64,000 nt of DNA from Planctomycetota bacterium (GTDB taxonomy: Bacteria; Planctomycetota; UBA8742; UBA2392). The notes beneath the pieces were generated by a model. That model ran no database searches. It worked only from the letters and a program-made list of their open reading frames with translations, and was not told where the DNA came from. The position numbers and the translations under genes were made by a program. The DNA lies in the NCBI GenBank assembly GCA_019636195.1, contig JAHBYA010000005.1, positions 174 to 64,173 of the forward strand. The letters are read 5' to 3'. Positions 43,438-50,240 of this stretch are shown here, in pieces (within the stretch, counting starts at the first letter, position 1; the number at the start of each line of letters is the position of its first letter).

Positions 43438-44460
43438 TTACTTGCGCCGGCGGCGGACAGCCGCAAGGGCCATCAGCGCCAGCATGGCCGCCAAGCCCGC
43501 GCCGCCCGCGACGGTGCAGCCACCGCTGCCCGCGTTGGACTTTTGTGAGCCGGGGATGATGCCGTTGTCGTTGACGTGAACAATCACGTCGTCAGTGTCC
43601 ATGGCGTTGGCTGGGTCAGTGACAGTCAAGCGGAACTTGAGCGTGTCGTAGGTGGCGGGCGACGTGAAGCTGGGGGTGGCCGTGGTCTGGCCGTTCAGGG
43701 TCACGTTGCCGCCGGAGATCTGCACCCAGTAGTAGGTCAGGCTGCCGTTTTCCGGGTCGCGGCTGCCGCCGCCGTTCAGGGTGACGACGGTGTTGTAGGT
43801 CGCGCCCTGGTCAGCGCCCGCGTTTGCGATCGGGGCCTGGTTGGGGGGCGGGTTGCCGCCGCCTCCACCTCCACCGCCGCCTCCGCCGCCACCACCGCCA
43901 CCACCGCCACCGCCAGCCGGATACTGGTTCTTCCAGTTCTGGACCATGGTATTGGTGATCTGGCTGCTGGGGCCCTTGTGGATCAGCTTGCCGGTGCGGT
44001 CAAACACGAAGGCTGTCCCGTAGGAAAGGGAGCCGCTGCCAAAGTAGTAGGCCGGCACCTGGGTGGTAGCAGCATAGGGGTGTTGCATGCCCCATGACTG
44101 GCCGGTGCTGCCGATCGAGGCCTGCGTGCAGCCGTTCCAACCGATCTGGCAGACGGCGATGATCTGGAAATCAGACCCGGCGTGAGTGTTGTGAAGTGAA
44201 TTCATGTGCGGAACTCCGCTCTGGCAGATGCTTCAGCCAGGGGCCCACAACTCCAGCATTGTGATGTAGCCGGGCGCGGTGAAGTAGTTGTTCAGCTGGG
44301 TGAAACCGCTGGGGATTGGCCCCCAGCTCTGGCTGAACGTGATGTTGGCGGCCTGGCTGCCAATGGCCTGTGCCGACACGGCGGTGCTGAACAAGGTCAG
44401 CGCTGCGACAATCGCCAGACGCAGGACCAGCTTGCCGCCTGCCTGTAAGTTCCTCGACAT
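43438..44460 (-). CDS. Candidate selenoprotein: exported redoxin/TlpA-like domain (U-S-I-C), poly-Gly linker, Ig/PKD-like domain and Cys-containing C-terminal sorting tag
   Basis: ORFs 44233..44517 and 43438..44205 are in the same frame and separated only by TGA 44235..44233. The read-through product is ..ITMLELWAPG-U-SICQSGVPHMNSL.., with the TGA at the CxxC first-Cys position. SD GGAGGGGG lies 5 nt before ATG 44460. The signal peptide ends ..STAVSAQA. Confidence 0.65.
44206..44221 (-). promoter_or_regulatory. Candidate bacterial SECIS hairpin downstream of TGA 44235..44233
   Basis: The mRNA reads UGA, 11 nt, G, A, GCGG, AGUU, CCGC, A, C. The stem is GCGG/CCGC with an outer G-C pair and an A.A mismatch. 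The apical loop AGUU contains GU. Confidence 0.4.
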
Positions 44461-44573
44461 TTGAACCCCCTCCGGACCGATTTGCGAATCTGTGATGTGC
44501 CCACTGTCTGCGGGCATTAGATGCCAACGATTGTTAGATAGAAAGGTTTAAGTGTTTAGTGAATATTCATATG

Positions 44574-44589
44574 CTTGCTAAATAGCAAG
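44574..44589. promoter_or_regulatory. Palindrome in the AT-rich divergent control region
   Basis: CTTGCTA-AA-TAGCAAG has 7-bp perfect arms. It lies in the locally AT-rich 224-bp gap between the two divergent redoxin genes. Confidence 0.35.
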
Positions 44590-44684
44590 AAGCTGGCCCG
44601 GCTTGTCCCTTGGCAAGACCGGAAGGGTTGCGGCGCAGGTAAGCGCTGCAAGCGTCAATCCACACACAGTTTGGAGGGGACCGC

Positions 44685-45665
44685 GTGGCCAGAGTGCTCT
44701 TGTTTCTCGTCTTGGCGTGCGCGCCCCTGTGCGCACAGTTGCAGCTTGTCGGGCAGGACGCCCCCGACTTTCATGCCCGCACGTGCGTCAACCCCGTTGA
44801 TGCCGACACCATGGCCCAGTGCAAGGGTGGTGTTGTGCTGCTGAAATACTGGGGCCCCAAGTGAGGGCCTTGCGTGAAGGCGTTGCCTTCAAACCAGGCC
44901 ATGTGGGAGGCACACAAAGATCGGGGACTGCATATGTTCCTGATCGACTGCCAGGGCACGTCCCTTGAAGACAGCCAGAAGTACGCGGCCCAGCGCGGGC
45001 TGACCATGCCGATCGCGATTCACCTTGAGTGCGACTTCATCAAGTGGGACAACGCCGAGCGCCTGAGCCTGCCCTACAGCTATGTCGTCGGCCCCGACGG
45101 CAAGGTGGTCTGGCAAGGTCGCGGCGACGGCTACGCCGCCAAAGTTCGCGAGCAGCTTGCCCGCCTGAAGTACCCCAGCCTGCGCCGCATGGACATCGCC
45201 CCTGAACTTGTCACAGCCGCCACGCAGTTTGAAGCCGGCGAGTACGCGGCCGCCCGCGCCGGCGCCGAGAAGGTCAAGGCGGCTGCACCGAATGAAACCG
45301 CCGTCGCCGACGCCGAGCACGTGATTGCCGCGGTGGATGACCATGTGCTGAAACTGCGCCTGCGTATTGATGAGCTTAAGGCCGACCGCAAGTACCACGA
45401 GGCGATCCCGCTGCTCGAGAAGCTGGCTGGCAAGCAGTACAAGGGCCTGGAGTACGGCGACGCCGCCGGTAACGAGTTGAAAGAGCTGCGCAAGGACAAG
45501 CAGGTTCAGAAAGAGCTGAAGGCTTGGGAGCAATGGAAGTTGACCCAGGAGGCGAACAGGAAGCTCAAGACTGAAGAAGAGCGCAAGGCCGCCACCCAGA
45601 AGTTCATCAAGAAGCACGAAGGCACAGCCGCCGCCGACGAAGCGCAGGCCGGCCTTGACGGTTAG
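44685..45665 (+). CDS. Candidate selenoprotein: exported TlpA/thioredoxin-like oxidoreductase (U-G-P-C) with helical C-terminal domain
   Basis: GTG 44685 has SD GGAGGGG 5 nt upstream. The signal peptide is VARVLLFLVLACAPLCAQ. The sequence continues LVGQDAPDF...VVLLKYWGPK-TGA(44862-44864)-GPCVKALPSNQ.., in frame with the listed ORF 44874..45665. Confidence 0.7.
44866..44900 (+). promoter_or_regulatory. Candidate bacterial SECIS hairpin downstream of TGA 44862-44864
   Basis: The lower stem is GGCCU (44866-70) with AGGCC (44896-900), then a 5x5 internal loop. The upper stem is GAAGGC (44876-81) with GCCUUC (44885-90), and the apical loop is GUU. The upper stem begins 11 nt after the UGA. Confidence 0.5.
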
Positions 45666-45973
45666 TCGTGCAGCATGCGCCGGTCGCCGCGCAAGGTGCA
45701 CACTTCCATGATCAGCTCACGCATGGTGGTCGCGTAAACGCGGCCCCGCAAGCTGCCCCACACGTCGGCGGGATCGGTGCTGCCGTGCAGGGCGGCGTCG
45801 GGCGAATCAGCGTCAGCGACCTCGCGAAACTTGTCCTGCATCAGTTTCAGTGTGTGCCTGAACCGGTGCTTGGTCATGCGTGTCAGCGCGGAAACGAACA
45901 CCGTGTGAGGAGGATCTTCTTGCCGCAAGGGCGCGGCCCATGCCCCGCACTTGTCCGACGAGTGGCCAAACAA
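45662..45973 (-). CDS. Hypothetical small protein
   Basis: 103-aa ORF with a possible internal start at M 45877 (MTKHRFRHTLKLMQDKF..). Codon bias is coding-like. No motif was recognised. Confidence 0.45.
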   Translation of the reverse strand: MFGHSSDKCGAWAAPLRQEDPPHTVFVSALTRMTKHRFRHTLKLMQDKFREVADADSPDAALHGSTDPADVWGSLRGRVYATTMRELIMEVCTLRGDRRMLHD

Positions 45974-45999
45974 CTCAAACCAGCGCGCCTACGCGGGGT

Positions 46000-46494
46000 T
46001 CAGGCCGGTACTGCCCTGCGAATCAGGTGGGTCAGGGCCACCGCGCAGGCATCGGTCACGTCTTCCGGGGCCGGCGGCTTGGCAAGGCCCATTTGCAGCG
46101 CGACCATGCGTGCCACTTGCTCTTTGCTGGCGCTGCCGTTGCCGGTGACCGCCCGCTTGATCACCTTTGCGGCATACGGTGCAACTTCAAGGCCCGCGGC
46201 CCCCAGCGCCGCAAGGGCCACGCCGCGACCTTCGCCGATTGCCAGCGCGGACTTCAGGTTCTTGCCTGCAAACACTTCCTCGACCGCGGCTGCGTCCGGA
46301 GCGTGCTTGCGTGCCGCCTCATGCAGTTGTGCATAGATCTCGGCCAGCCGGGATTCGCGTGACTTGCCCGCAGGCGCGATCGAACCGCTGGCCAGCAGCC
46401 GGTAGCTGCGGCCCTGCTGTTCAACCAGCGCCCAGCCGACAACGCGGGTACCAGGATCGACGCCCAAAACGCGATAGCTAGACTGGCTCGCCAT
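46000..46494 (-). CDS. ruvC: Holliday junction resolvase RuvC
   Basis: RVLGVDPGTRVVGWALVE contains the catalytic Asp. ..EEVFAGKN.. and ..DVTDACAVAL.. are also present. Length is 164 aa. Confidence 0.9.
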   Translation of the reverse strand: MASQSSYRVLGVDPGTRVVGWALVEQQGRSYRLLASGSIAPAGKSRESRLAEIYAQLHEAARKHAPDAAAVEEVFAGKNLKSALAIGEGRGVALAALGAAGLEVAPYAAKVIKRAVTGNGSASKEQVARMVALQMGLAKPPAPEDVTDACAVALTHLIRRAVPA

Positions 46495-46861
46495 GCCGGA
46501 AAGAGTAACTGAGCCCGAGGTTGCATGGTATCGCCTGAGCCGGGGTAACGTCGCGGCGGTGGCGGCGATCAGCCTGGTGCTGGTGGTGTTGTGCGCCCTT
46601 CTGGCGTTAGGCGGCAGCGGCGCCGCGCCGCCGGATGTGAGCGATGGGTCGTTACCGCCGGTGCGAATCTACGTCAATCGGGCCTCTGCCGCTGAACTGA
46701 TGGCCCTGCCAGGCATAGGCGAACGCAAGGCAGAACGCATTGTCCGGCAACGGGAGGCCAAGCCGCTGAAGGACATGAACGAACTGGCCGCCGCGGCGGG
46801 CGGCATTCCGGCCGCACAACTTGAACGCATGCGGCCCTTCGTGTCCTTTGATACCCCTTGA
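46493..46861 (+). CDS. ComEA-like helix-hairpin-helix DNA-binding protein
   Basis: An N-terminal TM helix is followed by VNRASAAELMALPGIGERKAERIV and a second HhH-like segment. Its ATG overlaps the ruvC ATG within CATG. Confidence 0.75.
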   Translation: MPERVTEPEVAWYRLSRGNVAAVAAISLVLVVLCALLALGGSGAAPPDVSDGSLPPVRIYVNRASAAELMALPGIGERKAERIVRQREAKPLKDMNELAAAAGGIPAAQLERMRPFVSFDTP

Positions 46862-46924
46862 GTGCATGCAGCATTCGCACAGGTAGCGCGTGGCGTAGAT
46901 CACGGTGGCGCTGTGAGTTGCGTG

Positions 46925-46944
46925 CAACTTCAACCTTCAAGTTG
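46925..46944. promoter_or_regulatory. Near-perfect palindrome upstream of pckA
   Basis: CAACTTCAA-CC-TTCAAGTTG has 9-nt arms with one mismatch. It lies ~90 nt upstream of the pckA ATG. Confidence 0.3.
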
Positions 46945-47034
46945 TATGCGGCTTTACGCTCGCTACACTGCTGCCTTCCACGGAGGCTCGGTGGCCGTTG
47001 CCCCAATGCCTGGCCGTGGCTTACGAGGATTCGC

Positions 47035-48612
47035 ATGTCACTGCTGACCTCTATCGGCATTACCCGCCCTTCCACCATCCATCGCAACCTCACGGCCCCG
47101 CGCCTGATTGAAGAAGCTGTCCGCCGCGGCGAAGGCCACTTGACCCAGCACGGCGTGCTGATCGTCAACACCGGCAAGTACACCGGCCGCTCGCCCAACG
47201 ACAAGTTTACCGTCCAGGATGGCGAAACCAGCGACACCGTGTGGTGGGGCAAAGTCAATCGCCCGATCACGCCCGCCGTCTTTGACGCCATCCACAAGCA
47301 GGTGCTCGAGTACTACAACCGCCGCGACGAAGCCTTTGTGCTGGATTGCCACGCCGGCACCGACCCCGAGTATCGCCTGCCCGTGCGCATTGTCTGCGAA
47401 GCCGCCTGGCACAACCTGTTCGCGCGCAACATGTTTGTGCGGCTTAGCGACGCTGAACTTGCCGACTTCAAGCCCGCGTTTACCGTCATTCACGCCCCGT
47501 ACTTTGAAGCCAAAGGCGCGACGGACGGCTTGAACAGCGAAGCCTTTATCCTGGCCGACTTCAGCCGCAAGATTGTCCTGATCGGCGGCACCAAGTACGC
47601 CGGCGAAGTAAAGAAAAGCGTCTTCACCGTCATGAACTACCTGCTGCCTGCCCGCGGCGTGCTGCCCATGCATTGCAGCGCCAACATCGGGCCGGCAGGC
47701 GACAGCGCCCTGTTTTTCGGCCTCAGCGGCACCGGCAAAACCACCCTGTCCGCCGACCCCAAGCGCAAGCTGATCGGCGACGACGAACACGGCTGGAGCG
47801 ACAAGGGCATCTTCAACTTTGAAGGCGGATGCTACGCCAAGGTGATCAACCTCAGCGCCGAAGCCGAGCCTGAGATTTACGCGACGACGCGCCGCTTCGG
47901 CACGGTGCTTGAAAACGTGGTCTTCGACGAACACAGCCGCAGCATCGACCTTGACAGCAACAAGCTGACCGAGAACACCCGCGCCAGCTACCCCATCGAC
48001 ATGATCCCCAACTTTGAGCCCAGCGGCCGCGGGGGCCACCCCAAAAACGTCGTCTTTCTGACCTGTGACGCCTTCGGCGTGCTGCCGCCGATCAGCCGGC
48101 TTTCCGTTGAGCAGGCGCAGTACCACTTTATTTCCGGCTACACAGCCAAAGTGGCCGGCACCGAGCGCGGCGTAAAAGAGCCCAGCGCGACCTTCAGCTC
48201 ATGTTTCGGCGCGCCCTTCATGCCCCGCCACCCCGGAGTCTATGCCCGCCTGCTGGCCGACAAGCTGACCAGGCACGGCGCACAGTGCTGGCTGCTGAAC
48301 ACCGGCTGGACCGGCGGCCCCTACGGCGTGGGCAAGCGCATGAGCATCAAGCACACGCGCGCGCTGTTGAACGCGGCCCTTGAGGGCAAGCTCAACGCCG
48401 TCGAGTACGCGCACCGGCCGCTGATGAACCTGCATTATCCGGTCAAGGCGCCTGACGTGCCCGCCGAAATTCTCGACCCGCGCAACACCTGGGCCGACAA
48501 GGCGGCATACGACGAAAAGGCAAAGCACCTGGCGCAACTGTTTAAAGACAATTTTAAACAGTTCGAGGACGGCGTAAGCGAAGCCGTCCGCGCCGCCGGC
48601 CCCAAAGGTTGA
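47035..48612 (+). CDS. pckA: Phosphoenolpyruvate carboxykinase (ATP)
   Basis: The start is taken at MSLLTSIGI... (ATG 47035). TGKYTGRSPNDKF, GGTKYAGEVKKS and the kinase-1a P-loop FFGLSGTGKTTLS are present. Confidence 0.93.
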   Translation: MSLLTSIGITRPSTIHRNLTAPRLIEEAVRRGEGHLTQHGVLIVNTGKYTGRSPNDKFTVQDGETSDTVWWGKVNRPITPAVFDAIHKQVLEYYNRRDEAFVLDCHAGTDPEYRLPVRIVCEAAWHNLFARNMFVRLSDAELADFKPAFTVIHAPYFEAKGATDGLNSEAFILADFSRKIVLIGGTKYAGEVKKSVFTVMNYLLPARGVLPMHCSANIGPAGDSALFFGLSGTGKTTLSADPKRKLIGDDEHGWSDKGIFNFEGGCYAKVINLSAEAEPEIYATTRRFGTVLENVVFDEHSRSIDLDSNKLTENTRASYPIDMIPNFEPSGRGGHPKNVVFLTCDAFGVLPPISRLSVEQAQYHFISGYTAKVAGTERGVKEPSATFSSCFGAPFMPRHPGVYARLLADKLTRHGAQCWLLNTGWTGGPYGVGKRMSIKHTRALLNAALEGKLNAVEYAHRPLMNLHYPVKAPDVPAEILDPRNTWADKAAYDEKAKHLAQLFKDNFKQFEDGVSEAVRAAGPKG

Positions 48613-48680
48613 GTTCGCGGTTCGGAGTTCGGCGTTCGGAGTTGGCGCTGACTTGCCCCGAACCCCGGATTCTGAACACC
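48611..48680. repeat. Heptamer-periodic imperfect palindromic element (copy B) filling the pckA-orn intergenic space
   Basis: The left arm is GAGTTCG CGGTTCG GAGTTCG GCGTTCG GAGTTGG. The right arm is CCCCGAAC CCCGGATTCTGAAC. GTTCGG (48634-39) pairs with CCGAAC (48658-63), and imperfect pairing extends outward. The unit is the same GAGTTC type as copy A. Confidence 0.7.
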
Positions 48681-49214
48681 ATGAACGACCCAACGTTTGT
48701 CTGGATTGACCTTGAGATGACCGGCTTAAACCCGGACACCGACGTCATTCTGGAAATCGCCTGCATCATCACCGGCCCGGACCTCAAGCCGCTTGGCCAG
48801 TACCACGCCGTTATCTTTCAGCCCGAAGAAGCCCTTGAACGCATGTCGCCCTTCGTCCGCGATATGCACACTCAAAACGGCCTGCTGCCGCGTGTCAGGG
48901 CCAGCCGCACGGAACTCAAGCAAGCCGAAGCGGAAACCCTGGCGCTGGTCACAAAGCACTGCAAGCCCGGCGCGGGCGTGCTGGCCGGAAACAGCATTCA
49001 CCAGGACCGCCGCTTTCTGTACCGCTACATGCCCGCGCTGGAGGGCTTCCTGCATTACCGGCAAGTGGACGTAAGCACGCTGAAAGTGCTGCGCGAGGCG
49101 TGGTACCCCGACACGCCCAAGTTCGAGAAACCAGGCAAAGACCACACCGCGCTCGCGGACATAAAAGAAAGCATCGCCGAGCTTGCCTACTACCGCGCAC
49201 ACATGCTGCGTTAG
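48681..49214 (+). CDS. orn: Oligoribonuclease
   Basis: The start is taken at MNDPTFVWIDLEMTGLNP (DEDDh exonuclease motif I). ..AGNSIHQDRRFL.. and ..HTALADIKESI.. are also present. Confidence 0.9.
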   Translation: MNDPTFVWIDLEMTGLNPDTDVILEIACIITGPDLKPLGQYHAVIFQPEEALERMSPFVRDMHTQNGLLPRVRASRTELKQAEAETLALVTKHCKPGAGVLAGNSIHQDRRFLYRYMPALEGFLHYRQVDVSTLKVLREAWYPDTPKFEKPGKDHTALADIKESIAELAYYRAHMLR

Positions 49215-49281
49215 CCGTTTTCTTCGTGCCCTTCGCGGCCCTTCGTGGTTAAACACCAGCCGGAAAAACCGGAGACACGCC

Positions 49282-50205
49282 ATGCCCCTCGAAATTCTTG
49301 GCCGTATGTACGAAAAAGCCAACCGCGAGTACTACGCGATCGGCCAGTTCAACTTTTCCAATCTTGAGTTCCTGCAGGCCGCCGTCGAAGCCGCCGAGGA
49401 AATGAAGTCGCCCGTGATCGTCGCGCTTTCAACCGGCGCCATCAAATACGGCGGCATCAAGAACCTTGTCGCCCTTACACGCACGATGGCCGAGCAAGTC
49501 AGCGTGCCCGTGGCTTTGCACCTTGACCACGGCGAGAAAATCGACGACATCAAGCGCTGCGTCGATGCAGGGTTCACCAGCGTCATGATCGACGGCAGCC
49601 ACCACTCGCTGGACGAAAACATCGCCCTTACTCGTCAAGCCGCCGAGTACGCCCATGGCAAGGGCATCACCGTCGAGGCCGAGCTTGGCCGCCTGGGCGG
49701 CATTGAAGACGACATCAATGTCGATGAACGCGACGCCCGCCTGACCGACCCCGACGAAGCCGTGCGCTTTGTGAAAGAAAGCGGCTGTGACGCGCTTGCC
49801 GTCGCCGTGGGCACCAGCCACGGGGCCTACAAGTTCAAGGGCGAAAACCGCATCGACTTTGACCGGATTAAGACCATCAAGTCGCGCCTGGGCATACCGC
49901 TGGTGCTGCACGGGGCGAGTTCGGTGGACGCACAGTCGGTGGCCCAGATCAACGAGTACGGCGGCAAGATCGAGGGCGCCAAAGGCCTGGATGCCGAAAG
50001 CTATGCACGGGCGATCAAGAACGGCATCAACAAGGTGAACATAGACACGGATTTGAGGCTCAAGTGGACGGCTGTGCTGCGCAAGATCATGCACGACAAG
50101 CCCGGCGAGTTCGACCCGCGCAAGTTTTTGGGCCCCGCCCGCGACGCCGTAAAAGAGATCATCAAAGAAAAGATGAAGCTCCTGGGCAGCGCCGGCAAAG
50201 CATGA
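49282..50205 (+). CDS. fba: Class II fructose-bisphosphate aldolase
   Basis: The start is taken at MPLEILGRMYEKA... QFNFSNLE, VALHLDHG, GTSHGAYKF and LVLHGASS are present. Confidence 0.9.
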   Translation: MPLEILGRMYEKANREYYAIGQFNFSNLEFLQAAVEAAEEMKSPVIVALSTGAIKYGGIKNLVALTRTMAEQVSVPVALHLDHGEKIDDIKRCVDAGFTSVMIDGSHHSLDENIALTRQAAEYAHGKGITVEAELGRLGGIEDDINVDERDARLTDPDEAVRFVKESGCDALAVAVGTSHGAYKFKGENRIDFDRIKTIKSRLGIPLVLHGASSVDAQSVAQINEYGGKIEGAKGLDAESYARAIKNGINKVNIDTDLRLKWTAVLRKIMHDKPGEFDPRKFLGPARDAVKEIIKEKMKLLGSAGKA

Positions 50206-50240
50206 TGCAGCGGGGGCGCCGGGCAGCGCCCCCCGCGAGC

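Noticed and set aside
43841-44023. Plus-strand ORF with a long poly-proline run.
   Set aside because: It is the reverse complement of the (GGN)20 glycine linker of the minus-strand gene and has no independent support.
44233-44864. Global reassignment of TGA (genetic code 4 or 25) as an explanation for the two in-frame TGAs.
   Set aside because: TGA clearly terminates many well-defined genes in this window (polA, DUF4129, the antitoxin and several ATGA overlaps). The high GC content is also unlike known TGA-recoded lineages. Site-specific Sec insertion, or less likely pseudogenisation, fits better.
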